From the NCBI GenBank assembly GCA_963761195.1, contig CAVXGA010000012.1, positions 96,082 through 160,081 of the forward strand: DNA of 64,000 nt, read 5' to 3'. The notes under the pieces are model-generated. The model searched no databases and was not told where the DNA came from. It saw nothing but the letters and a program-made list of their open reading frames with translations. Both the position numbers and the translations under genes were made by a program. Shown here one piece after another: positions 46,490-57,022 of the stretch (the stretch's first letter is position 1; each line of letters opens with the position of its first letter). The DNA is from an uncultured Bacteroidales bacterium. Lineage in GTDB: Bacteria; Bacteroidota; Bacteroidia; Bacteroidales; JAADJA01.

Positions 46490-48776
46490 CGCTGCAAAAC
46501 ACGTAACAGGAGAATCTGTTTATGTGAATGATATCCTGATCAGTGAACAGTTGCTTTACGGTCACCTGGTTTACAGCAAGCAGGCTCATGCAATAATCGA
46601 AGTAGGAAGCCTGAATAAAGCAAAATCGTTGAGTGGCGTCAAAGCAATTCTTACGTGCAAAGATATCCCCGGCAGCAATCAAATGGGACCTGTTGTTCAT
46701 GATGAACCCTGTCTGGCTGATAATGAAGTCCATTGTATTGGTCAGGTCATTTTATTGATCGCCGCCGAAACGAAGCAAATAGCCCGTGAAGCTGAAAAAC
46801 TGATCAGTATCCGTTACAAAACCCTTGACGCTATTCTTGATCTGGAAACAGCGATTGCTAAAAATAATCGCCTTCATCCATCACGGAAAATAGAAACGGG
46901 CAATATTTCCGAAGCATTCAAACAATGTGACCATATTTTTGAAGGCACCTTAAAAACGGGCGGACAGGAGCATTGGTATCTTGAAACTCAATCCTGTCTT
47001 GCTCTTCCGGGTGAGGGAAAAGAAATGAAATTGTTCAGTTCCACACAACACCCGTCGGAAACGCAAGCCATCGTTGCAGAAGTCCTGGGGATTCAAAAAA
47101 ATGAGGTGGAAATTGAGGTGAGAAGAATGGGTGGGGCTTTTGGAGGAAAGGAAACTCAGGCCAATCATTACGCTGCCTGGTCGGCCCTGCTTGCCAATGC
47201 TACAGGACGTCCCGTAAAAATTCACCTCAACCGCGATGAGGATCAGATCATCACAGGCAAAAGACACAATACACGTTCACAGTATAAAGCCGGATTTGAC
47301 AAGAGCGGAAAGATCCTTGCTGTCGATATTGACATAAATCTGGATGCCGGATGCACAACTGATCTTACCATGGCAATTATGGAAAGAGCCATGTTTCATG
47401 TGGATAATGCGTATTTCATTCCCAACCTGCGGGTGATTGGTAATACATGGAAAACAAACAAGCCGTCGAATACAGCATTTCGAGGCTTTGGAGGGCCACA
47501 AGGAATGGCTGTAATTGAAACCATCATTGACCGCATTGCACGGTTCCTTGGCAAAGATGCAATTGAAATCAGGAAAAGGAATTTTTATAAAACAGGGACG
47601 AACAGCATAACTCATTATGGACAGAAAGTTGAAAACATTCGGCTACCATTGATATACAATCAACTCATCAAATCCTCCGGGTATTTCGAGCGGCGTCAAC
47701 AAATCGACCAATTCAACTCATCCAATCAATTTAACAAAAGAGGCATGGCAATGACTCCCGTCAAATTTGGCATTTCATTTACCACTTCTTTTCTAAATCA
47801 GGCAGGATCACTGGTTAATATCTACAAGGATGGTTCTGTTCAGGTAAATCATGGAGGAACTGAAATGGGGCAGGGACTTCACACCAAAATTTTACAAATT
47901 TCATCTTCAGAATTAGGCATCGATCCCAAATTCATCAAGGTAACGAGCACCAATACATCAAAAGTTCCAAACACATCAGCAACTGCAGCCTCTTCCGGCA
48001 GCGACCTGAACGGCATGGCAGTTAAAATTGCCATCGGTAAATTGAAATCAAGGTTGGCGGATATCGCATTAATGCTTTTAAAGGAAGGTCAAGCGAAGAA
48101 GAAAGACATCATTTTTCAGGATAACCTGGTCTTTAATAAACGAAATCCACAAATTAAAATTCCATTTACTGAATTGGTCAACGCTGCATATTTAAACCAA
48201 ATCAGCCTAAGTGCCACCGGATTTTACAGAACTCCCGGCATTTTCTACGATAAGCAAAAAGGAAAGGGCAATCCCTTCCATTATTTTGCTTTTGGAATGG
48301 CCGTAACCGAAGTGGAAATTGATACACTAACAGGATATGCCAAAGTTCTTCGCACGGATATCCTTCATGATGTTGGAAATTCCGTGAACGAACGTATTGA
48401 CTTTGGACAGATTGAAGGTGGATTTGTTCAGGGAATCGGTTGGGTTACGACTGAGGACATGAAATACGACGCAAAAGGCAATTTATTAAACCATTCACCT
48501 GATACCTATAAAATCCCTACCATTCAGGATATTCCGGAAGATTTCAGGGTTGAAATTCTTAAAAATGCTCCGAATCCCGGCACCATTAAGCAAAGCAAGG
48601 CTGTGGGTGAACCGCCATTCATGCTGGCTTTGTCGGTTTGGCTTGCCATTAAAGATGCTATCTCTGCTGTTGGCAACCATAAAATTGAGCCGGATTTTTC
48701 TTTACCCGCAACCAATGAAATAATATTGGAATCACTGGAGAAATTAAAGTTTCAGCACATAGCAAGCAAAGTTTGA
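46467..48776 (+). CDS. xdhB: Xanthine dehydrogenase molybdopterin-binding subunit
   Basis: RRMGGAFGGKE, AFRGFGGPQG and GEPPFMLA. The start probably overlaps the xdhA stop. Confidence 0.85.
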   Translation: MSYLPHNSAAKHVTGESVYVNDILISEQLLYGHLVYSKQAHAIIEVGSLNKAKSLSGVKAILTCKDIPGSNQMGPVVHDEPCLADNEVHCIGQVILLIAAETKQIAREAEKLISIRYKTLDAILDLETAIAKNNRLHPSRKIETGNISEAFKQCDHIFEGTLKTGGQEHWYLETQSCLALPGEGKEMKLFSSTQHPSETQAIVAEVLGIQKNEVEIEVRRMGGAFGGKETQANHYAAWSALLANATGRPVKIHLNRDEDQIITGKRHNTRSQYKAGFDKSGKILAVDIDINLDAGCTTDLTMAIMERAMFHVDNAYFIPNLRVIGNTWKTNKPSNTAFRGFGGPQGMAVIETIIDRIARFLGKDAIEIRKRNFYKTGTNSITHYGQKVENIRLPLIYNQLIKSSGYFERRQQIDQFNSSNQFNKRGMAMTPVKFGISFTTSFLNQAGSLVNIYKDGSVQVNHGGTEMGQGLHTKILQISSSELGIDPKFIKVTSTNTSKVPNTSATAASSGSDLNGMAVKIAIGKLKSRLADIALMLLKEGQAKKKDIIFQDNLVFNKRNPQIKIPFTELVNAAYLNQISLSATGFYRTPGIFYDKQKGKGNPFHYFAFGMAVTEVEIDTLTGYAKVLRTDILHDVGNSVNERIDFGQIEGGFVQGIGWVTTEDMKYDAKGNLLNHSPDTYKIPTIQDIPEDFRVEILKNAPNPGTIKQSKAVGEPPFMLALSVWLAIKDAISAVGNHKIEPDFSLPATNEIILESLEKLKFQHIASKV

Positions 48777-48949
48777 AGCATATACTTAAAGTACTCAGGT
48801 GTTTTTAATTGAAATATTAAAATACACCTATGAATTGAAGATTTTATTATTCGAAATAAAACCTATATGATTTATGCAATCTTGCATGATATAACCAAAT
48901 TGTACTGGACTTTAGTATTTTGAAAAATAGTTGAATAGAGGTAAAATAT

Positions 48950-49534
48950 TCAACGAAAATATCTTTCATAATCTTCCGGCGTATTGATGTTGATCAGCAC
49001 CTGTTCATCATCCACAGCTACTTTCTTGTGTTTGTAATTGCTTAACCAGTCTCTCAGGTTTAAATCATTTCCCGGACAATCGATGAGTTCTTTAATAATT
49101 TCCCCAGTTAGCAAAACCGGATGCCCTCCCCTTTTGCCATAATAAGGTACATAATATTCCGCATCATCAACACCTGAGATCATTTGACGGATGATCCGTT
49201 TGTCGACAAAAGGATTATCGACATTCTGAATAAAAATATAACCTGCCTTTTCGCAGGCTTTCAATCCGGTTTTAACCGAATAAAATCTTCCGTATTCAAC
49301 ATGTCGGTTTATGATAAACCGGCAATCGTTTAAATAAGGTGAAGGTTGTTTTTGAATTTCTGAATTTAATGTTTCATTTATTACAATTACAATTTCAGTA
49401 ATACCGGCACTTCGATATTCCGTAACAATCTTTTCCAGGAAATTATATTTCGAATCAAACCTGAGAAAAGGCTTCGGCCTGCCCATCCTTTCCGAGTTTC
49501 CGGCAGTTAAAATAACGCAAGTAGTATGATCCAT
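48950..49534 (-). CDS. MobA/MocA-like nucleotidyltransferase (molybdenum cofactor cytidylyl/guanylyl-transferase family)
   Basis: CVILTAGNSERMGRPKPFL. Confidence 0.65.
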   Translation of the reverse strand: MDHTTCVILTAGNSERMGRPKPFLRFDSKYNFLEKIVTEYRSAGITEIVIVINETLNSEIQKQPSPYLNDCRFIINRHVEYGRFYSVKTGLKACEKAGYIFIQNVDNPFVDKRIIRQMISGVDDAEYYVPYYGKRGGHPVLLTGEIIKELIDCPGNDLNLRDWLSNYKHKKVAVDDEQVLININTPEDYERYFR

Positions 49535-49635
49535 TTCTATTTGATGTCATTGGCAAAGCTATAAAATCTTTATTACTACTTTTGCCATGAGATGAGGGAA
49601 ACCAAAATGATAAGTTGCTCTCAAAATCAGCATTC

Positions 49636-50592
49636 ATGCACGACAGAACGTACGAATTAAAAAAAGCATCATGGATCGGAATCCTGGGAAACACAGCCCT
49701 TGCTATTCTGAAAATTGTGATCGGTTTCATTGCCGGTAGTTTCGCCGTTATTGCCGATGGCATTGACACCACTACCGATATTCTTTCCTATTTCATCACG
49801 CTTTTTACCTCGCGGATTATTTCCAAACCTCCTGATACCAAATATCCTTACGGTTATAAAAAAGCGGAAACCTCGGCCACCAAAATACTGGCGTTTATTA
49901 TCTTCTTTGCTGGGGCGCAATTGCTTATCTCGACAGTTTCAAGGCTGCTGTCAGGGCAGCATCGGGAAATGCCTTCAATCATAGCTATTTATGTAACGCT
50001 GTTCAGTATTGCAGGAAAAGCAATTCTTTATTCCTGGCAATTCCGGATGGGAAAAAAAACCGAAAGCTCCATGATCATTGCCAATGCTAAAAACATGCGG
50101 AATGACATTCTCATATCCTTTTCTGTTCTGACCGGGCTGATCTTTACCTTTTGGCTACAAATGCCTGTTTTTGACACCATCATCGCCCTTGCCGTGAGCC
50201 TGTGGATCATTGTGGTCGCATTCGGCATTTACCGCGAATCGAACCTTGAGATGATGGACGGCGTAAAAGACACCACCATTTATTTTAAAATATTCAAGTC
50301 GGTCGATCAGGTCGAAGGCGCACACAATCCCCACCGGATCCGGGTTAGAAAACTGGGCAATATGCTTACAATTTCACTGGATATTGAAGTAGATCAGGAG
50401 ATAAAAGTGAGCGAATCGCATGAAATAGCAGTGTGCGTGGAAGAACGGCTGAAAGCAAACATTGACAATATTTACGATATCATGGTTCATGTAGAACCAA
50501 TCGGAAATATTGAACAAAATGAAACATTCGGGATTTCGAAAGAAATTATTCAGGATGAACACAAACCCTCAAAAGCCCGGTTTATCAAATGA
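49636..50592 (+). CDS. Cation diffusion facilitator family transporter
   Basis: Six TM segments containing ADGIDTTTD-type motifs, plus a cytoplasmic C-terminal domain. Confidence 0.8.
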   Translation: MHDRTYELKKASWIGILGNTALAILKIVIGFIAGSFAVIADGIDTTTDILSYFITLFTSRIISKPPDTKYPYGYKKAETSATKILAFIIFFAGAQLLISTVSRLLSGQHREMPSIIAIYVTLFSIAGKAILYSWQFRMGKKTESSMIIANAKNMRNDILISFSVLTGLIFTFWLQMPVFDTIIALAVSLWIIVVAFGIYRESNLEMMDGVKDTTIYFKIFKSVDQVEGAHNPHRIRVRKLGNMLTISLDIEVDQEIKVSESHEIAVCVEERLKANIDNIYDIMVHVEPIGNIEQNETFGISKEIIQDEHKPSKARFIK

Positions 50593-53500
50593 CAGATAAA
50601 TTTTCGATCATCCCTTTCAGGCAATTGGTCTCGATTGTATTCGCTGAACTCGGCAAAGATGAGTTCTTCGGCATACCACGGGCGATTTTTTTCAATCCCT
50701 CATCCTCCGATCCTTTCCGGATGAACCGTTACGGTGCACTGCTGGAAACGCCTTTAGGGGTGGCCGCCGGTCCCCATACACAGCTTTCACAAAATATCAT
50801 CGCTGCATGGCTTTGCGGTGCCCGGTACATCGAATTAAAAACCATTCAAACACTGGATGAACTATCGGTTTCGAAACCCTGTATCGACATGCAGGATGAA
50901 GGTTATAACTGCGAATGGTCGCAAGAACTGAAAATACATGAATCCTTTGATCAGTATCTCAATGCCTGGATTTTAATCCATCTCCTGAAACATAAATTCG
51001 GGTGGATTGAAGACAAAACTTCCGGAACAATTTTCAATATGAGTGTCGGTTATAACCTGGAAGGGATCATGAACCCGAATGTGCAATGGTTTTTTGAGAA
51101 AATGAAAAACTGCAGCATCGAGAAACAAAGGAAGATTGATGAAATCAGTGATTTATATCCTGAAATAACAGAGATTCCTATTTCTGACTGCATTTCCAAT
51201 AATGTTACTTTATCTACCATGCATGGCTGTCCGCCGGATGAAATAGAAAAGATCGGGACCTACCTGATTGAAGAAAAAAAGTTACATACAGTCATTAAAC
51301 TCAATCCGACCTTACTTGGCAAAGATTTGTTAAGAGAAATACTGACGAACAGTGGATTTGATATAGAGGTTCCGGATCTTGCATTTGAGCATGATCTTAA
51401 ATATCCGGAGGCTGTTTCGATCATCAGAAATTTACAAAAGAAAGCCGAAAAACATCAACTGCATTTCGGATTGAAACTGACGAACACCCTTAGAAACATC
51501 GAATCAGAAAGATGTTTTACCTGCGTCAGAAAAAATGATCTACATGAGTGGAAGGGCGCTTCATCCGGTCTCGGTTCAGTTGGCTAATAAACTGCAAAAA
51601 GACTTTGGCGGAAAGCTTAATATCTCCTTTTCAGGTGGTGCAAATGCTTTTAATTTTCCTGATCTTGTTGCCTGCGGGCTGACACCCGTTACTGTTTGTT
51701 CCGACCTGTTAAAACCCGGAGGTTACGGGCTACTGACCCAATATATTACAAATTTGAGAGAGGCTTTTCGGGATGCGGATGCCGGGTCAATACCAGAATT
51801 CATCCAATATAAAAGCAACCGTAAAGTTGAAGATTGGAGAAAAGCTGGCTTATTGAATCTTTCAGAATATGCCTGTAAAGTCCTGGATTCAAAGGCCTGT
51901 AAAAAGACTGAGATCCATGATCCGACAATAAAAACACACCGAAAGCTCGATAATTTCGATTGTATACAAGCACCCTGTGTGGATGCCTGTCCCACAAACC
52001 AGGATATTCCCGATTACCTGTATTATACAGCAAACTCTGATTTTCAAAAGGCTTTTGAAGTAATAATGCGCAGAAACCCGTTCCCTTACACAACCGGAAT
52101 GATCTGTGATCATCTTTGTCAGAGCAAATGCACACGGATGAATTATGAAGAAGCGCTTCAGATTAGGGAAATCAAGCGTTTTATCGCGGAAAATAAAGAG
52201 AGGGATTTTTCACCTGTTGTAAATCCAGGATTCGGTTTAAAGGTCGCCATAATTGGTGCCGGTCCATCGGGATTATCTGCTGCTTATTTTCTTGTACTTG
52301 CGGGTTTTAAGGTTGATATCTATGAAACAAAGGATCAGCCTGGGTGGAATGGTCTCCGGAGCGATCCCTGCGTTCAGGCTCACCAATAAAGCCTTTATAA
52401 AAGATACTGAGTTGCTTGAAAAGATGGGAATAAAAATACATTACAACATAAAAATTGACCGGGAAAATTTTACACAAATAAAGAACTCAAACGATTTTGT
52501 TTACATCGCTGCCGGGGCTCAGCGATCAAAAAAGTTTGAAATCAATGGAATCGAAGCAGAAGGCATTTTAGATCCCCTGCCATTTTTATTCGACATCAAA
52601 CGAGGTAAAAAGGTGGATGTCGGGAATAAAGTAGTCATCATCGGTGGTGGGAACACGGCAATGGATGCGGCAAGGACTGCCTGGCGGCTTGTAGGTCAAA
52701 ATGGGAATGTTACGATAATTTATCGCCGGACCATCAGGGAAATGCCCGCTGATTCCGGTGAGATCAATGCGGTAAGGGAAGAAGGCGTGGAAATTATTGA
52801 ACTCGCACTTCCGGTGAAAATTAATGAGGAGAACGGAAAAGTCAGGTCAATCACCTGCATTCGGATGAAACAAGGGTTACCAGATGCTTCCGGCAGACCT
52901 AAACCCGTACCTGTCCCGGGTTCTGAATTTGAAATTTTCTGTGATACGGTCATTCCCGCTATCGGGCAGGAAACGGATTTTGACTTTATTGATAAAGAAT
53001 TACTTGAAACCGTTCCTGGTGTTTATGAAACCAAAATTCCGGGAGTTTTTATCGGTGGTGATGCACTTCGGGGTGCTTCCACTGCCATAAACGCCATTGG
53101 TGACGGTAGAAAAGCTGCCGCGAAGATCATCGAAAAAGCCGGAGTTAATTTTGAAATACCATTGGCCCGTTTACGCAATCCTAAAACTTTGGCAGAGCAC
53201 ATGACAAGCCGGATGATTAAAAGATTTCCCGGGCACACGCACGAAATTGAACCAGGAGATCGCAAAAACTTCAGCCTTGTAACCGGAACATTTACCAGTA
53301 TGGAAGCAATTGAGGAGGCCTCGCGATGTCTTTTGTGTGATGAAGTTTGCAATATTTGTGTGACAGTTTGCCCTAACCTCGCTAATTATTCCTATGAAAT
53401 TAATCCAACCAAATATTGCCTGAATAAGATCACACATCAAAATGGAAAGCAGGAAATCATACAGGATGAGCTTTTCGAGGTAAACCAAAAATATCAGATA

Positions 53501-53881
53501 CTCCACATTGCCGACTGGTGCAACGAATGCGGCAATTGCACAACCTTTTGTCCGACTGCAGGTTCTCCCTATAAAAATAAACCGCATCTCTACCTGAGCC
53601 GTAAAGCTTTTGAACAGGACGATGATTGCTATTTTTTGGTTAATAAAAATGGGGACAGTGAACTTATTTATAAGGAGAAAGGAATTACACATCATTTGAC
53701 TGAGCAAGAAAATGCGTATCTTTATTACGTTGATGGAATCAGTATCTCTATTGATAAAAAGACATTCGAAATCATTCGTTTGGAAACAGGAGCTGAAACA
53801 CGTGATTTTCGGCTTCACAAAGCTGCAGAAATGAGCATAGTCCTGCAGGGTGCAAAGAAAATTTACAACACTATTAATTAA
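50589..53881 (+). pseudogene. ygfK: YgfK-like flavoprotein (DHOD/DPD-like TIM barrel + Glt-small-subunit-like FAD/NAD domains + 4Fe-4S), with two frameshifts (about 51492 and about 52342-52344)
   Basis: PLGVAAGPHTQLSQNIIAAWLCGARYIELKTIQ, MIYMSGRALHP, VAIIGAGPSGLSAAYFL, VVIIGGGNTAMDAART, and C-terminal CDEVCNICVTVCPN and CNECGNCTTFCPT. The three listed ORFs join if one base is skipped at each junction. Confidence 0.8.
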
Positions 53882-53888
53882 AAGACAG

Positions 53889-55358
53889 ATGAAGAGCAGA
53901 GAAGAAGTTCTGGAAAATACAATCAGGCGGTGCAGGGAAAAACATATTATCATCCCCACTTACAAACAAATGCGCAATCCTGACTTGATTCCCGCGAAAA
54001 TAAAAGACAAGCTAAAAAACATTGGTTTGTGGGATTTGAACTCCCTTAACCTATTTAGGATCACATGGAAAAACGAGCCAATTGAATTCGGCGGTGGTTT
54101 TGGGAAAGTCAATTTTATAGAATTGCCATCTGAGCTTACAGGGGTTAAAGCCAGAATCATCATGCTGATAGGGAAGTATTTCCCGACAGGTGCACATAAA
54201 GTAGGTGCTACATTTGGTCCGCTGGTCGAAAAACTGGTCTCAGGCCGATTTGATCCTACCCGCCAGAAAGCGTTGTGGCCTTCTACCGGAAACTATTGTC
54301 GTGGAGGAGCCTATGATTCATACCTTCTGGGTTGTCAGTCGATTGCCGTTTTACCCGAAGGAATGTCGAAAGAACGATTCGACTGGCTGCATAAAGTGGG
54401 CGCCGAAGTATTTGCTACACCGGGCAGCGAAAGCAATGTGAAAGAAATTTATGATAAAGTGAAAGAGTTGAAGGCAGAGCGGGGTGATGAAATTGTCAAT
54501 CTGAACCAGTTTGAAGAAATTGGCAATGCACTCTGGCATTATACGGTAACAGGACCGGCTATGGATGATGTTTTCAACAGCGTAAAATTAACCGATTCAC
54601 GGTTCTCAGGACTATTCCTCACGCAGGGTTCAGCAGGAACTTTGGGAAGCGCCGATTATCTTCGTGAAAAATTTCCTCTGATAAAAATCTGCGCCGGCGA
54701 AGCACTTCAATGTCCTACCCTGCTGATGAACGGCTATGGGAGTCACCGCATCGAAGGGATCGGCGATAAACATGTGCCATGGATCCATAACATCAAAAAC
54801 ATGGATCTCGTAGCCGGTATCGATGATGAAGCCAATATTCAGATCATGCGGCTGTTCAATGAACCGGCTGGAAAGGAGTACCTGATCAACGAAAGTGGAA
54901 TGGATCCAGAACTTGTCAATAAACTTGAATTACTCGGCATTTCGTCCATTGCCAACCTCATGGGATCGATAAAGTTGGCCAAATATTTTGAAATGGATGA
55001 GAATGATATAATATTTACTGTAGCCACTGATTCGATGGTAATGTACCAGTCAAGGCTTCAGGAAGAAAGGGAAAATAATGGTGACTTTGACAGGAATGAT
55101 GCGTCTATTGTATACAAGGCTTATTTAATGAATCTCAACATCGACCACATGATCGAAATGACCTATTACGAGAAAAGAAGGATGCATAATTTGAAATACT
55201 TCACATGGGTTGAACAACAGGGAAAGACAGTCGATGAACTGAATGCACAATGGTACGATGAAAACTACTGGAAATCGCAATTTGCGAAAGTAGACGAATG
55301 GGATGAAAAGATAATGGAATTTAATGAACGGACAGGTTTACTGAAAGAATACATTTAA
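53889..55358 (+). CDS. Fold-type II (Trp-synthase-beta-like) PLP-dependent enzyme, about 489 aa, function unknown
   Basis: FPTGAHKVGATFGP contains the candidate PLP lysine. STGNYCRGGAYDS and GSAGTLGS are also present. There are long N- and C-terminal extensions relative to cysteine synthase. Confidence 0.6.
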   Translation: MKSREEVLENTIRRCREKHIIIPTYKQMRNPDLIPAKIKDKLKNIGLWDLNSLNLFRITWKNEPIEFGGGFGKVNFIELPSELTGVKARIIMLIGKYFPTGAHKVGATFGPLVEKLVSGRFDPTRQKALWPSTGNYCRGGAYDSYLLGCQSIAVLPEGMSKERFDWLHKVGAEVFATPGSESNVKEIYDKVKELKAERGDEIVNLNQFEEIGNALWHYTVTGPAMDDVFNSVKLTDSRFSGLFLTQGSAGTLGSADYLREKFPLIKICAGEALQCPTLLMNGYGSHRIEGIGDKHVPWIHNIKNMDLVAGIDDEANIQIMRLFNEPAGKEYLINESGMDPELVNKLELLGISSIANLMGSIKLAKYFEMDENDIIFTVATDSMVMYQSRLQEERENNGDFDRNDASIVYKAYLMNLNIDHMIEMTYYEKRRMHNLKYFTWVEQQGKTVDELNAQWYDENYWKSQFAKVDEWDEKIMEFNERTGLLKEYI

Positions 55359-56617
55359 TGCTTGACAAATTCACATATGCGTGTGTAAATTGTGGACAGC
55401 AGTTTCCGGCTGACAGAATAATGTATCTGTGTCCGGTTTGTTCAGCGACATATAAAGAGAACCCACCCAAAGGAGTTCTGAAAACCATTTATAACTACAA
55501 CGAGCTGATCCGGAAAAAATTGACATTTAAATCCTTAAAAGAAAAGCATTTCATTGATCTATTGCCCATCAAATCAAGCATTGATCTTCCAAAATTAAAA
55601 ATCGGAAATACGCCCTTGTATTCGGTCAAATCCTGGGATAAAAAGATGTTTCCTTTTGGTCTTTATTTAAAAGATGATGCTCAAAATCCGACATACTCCT
55701 TTAAAGACCGGGCATCGGGTATTGTTTCGGCTTATGCAAAGGAAAACAACCTGCAGACAATTATTGCTGCTTCTACCGGGAACGCGGCTTCTTCCCTTGC
55801 AGGAATTTGTGCATCACAGGGTCAGGAGGCAGTTGTTATTGTGCCTGCTGCAGCACCGTTGGCAAAGCTTACGCAGGTTATAATGTACGGGGCAAAAGTG
55901 ATTATTGTGAACGGAAATTATGATGATGCATTTGACTTAAGCGTGGAAGCAACGAAGCATTTTGGCTGGTATAACCGCAATACAGCTTTCAATCCGTTGA
56001 CCATCGAAGGGAAAAAAACAGTCTCTTTCGAGCTTTTCGATCAATTGAATGAGACAATTCCCGACCGCATTTTTGTTCCGGTTGGTGATGGTGTTATTCT
56101 ATCAGGTGTATATAAAGGGTTTGAAGATTTGATGAAGCTTGAAATGATAAAAAAAGTACCGGTTATTGTGGCTGTTCAGGCTGATTGTAGTGATAATCTG
56201 ATCAGCAATCTGGAAAAAGAAACCTTCGTCTCAAAAGGGTGTTATACGGTAGCTGATTCCATAGCTGTCGATTATCCGCGTAATTTCTATATGGCAAGGG
56301 ATTATTTAAAAAAATACAAAGGAGAATGGATAGTCGTTACGGATGAGGAAATCATTGCGGCTTCAAAATCATTGTCAAAAAATACCGGCCTCTTTGCGGA
56401 GCCTGCTTCCGCAGCAGCCATTGCCGGAATGATCAAATATAAAGAATTCGGAATGATCCCGGAGCAATCGAAAAATGTTGTTTTGCTTACGGGAAGTGGG
56501 TTGAAAGACATTCAGGCTATGCAAAATTACATTACCATCCCGGCACCTATTGAGCCATCCATCCTCATACTTGAAAAATATTTACATAATAAACAAATGC
56601 AATTCTCCGGTCGTTGA
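55358..56617 (+). CDS. Threonine-synthase-family PLP enzyme with an N-terminal Zn-ribbon
   Basis: CVNCGQQF...CPVCS, NPTYSFKDRASG and STGNAASSLA. Confidence 0.7.
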   Translation: MLDKFTYACVNCGQQFPADRIMYLCPVCSATYKENPPKGVLKTIYNYNELIRKKLTFKSLKEKHFIDLLPIKSSIDLPKLKIGNTPLYSVKSWDKKMFPFGLYLKDDAQNPTYSFKDRASGIVSAYAKENNLQTIIAASTGNAASSLAGICASQGQEAVVIVPAAAPLAKLTQVIMYGAKVIIVNGNYDDAFDLSVEATKHFGWYNRNTAFNPLTIEGKKTVSFELFDQLNETIPDRIFVPVGDGVILSGVYKGFEDLMKLEMIKKVPVIVAVQADCSDNLISNLEKETFVSKGCYTVADSIAVDYPRNFYMARDYLKKYKGEWIVVTDEEIIAASKSLSKNTGLFAEPASAAAIAGMIKYKEFGMIPEQSKNVVLLTGSGLKDIQAMQNYITIPAPIEPSILILEKYLHNKQMQFSGR

Positions 56618-56839
56618 AACTGATATCAGAGTAAAATCAAAGGAATATTAAAAAAAGATCGGGAAGGAAAGTCGTGCCTAAAGTTCATAATGGTAAAGAT
56701 GAACAGATCATCTTCAAAGCCAATCAAATATTAATAACAGTCAGATAAAAGTTTGATGTTGATTTAGCTATCCAAACTTTGCTTAACCCATTAAAATAAA
56801 ACAGGAAACTTAAAAAGTTAAGTTTCCTAGGTAATTTTG

Positions 56840-56914
56840 GGTGCAAGATGGGGCTTGAACCCACGACCCCCGGAACCACAATCCGGTGCTCTAACCAGCT
56901 GAGCTACATGCACC
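56840..56914 (-). tRNA. tRNA-His (anticodon GTG, with encoded G-1)
   Basis: The reverse complement GGTGCATGTAGCTCAGCTGGTTAGAGCACCGGATTGTGGTTCCGGGGGTCGTGGGTTCAAGCCCCATCTTGCACC has the anticodon loop TTGTGGT. There is one T-T mismatch in the acceptor stem. Confidence 0.85.
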
Positions 56915-56988
56915 ATATGAACACCGCAAAAATAGTACAATTTTAATTCTTAAGAAAAAGAAAAATTTTTATTTTTCAATGAAATTGA

Positions 56989-56996
56989 TATTTTTG
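56989..56996 (+). promoter_or_regulatory. -7 promoter box TAttTTTG
   Basis: Matches TAnnTTTG, 27 nt before the ATG at 57023. Confidence 0.4.
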
Positions 56997-57022
56997 CATT
57001 TACATATATTTATATTAGAATA

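Noticed and set aside
53171-53959. 262-aa minus-strand ORF opposite the YgfK-like C-terminus
   Set aside because: The + strand frame carries two ferredoxin CxxCxxCxxxCP motifs and continues the YgfK alignment. The antisense ORF has no features.
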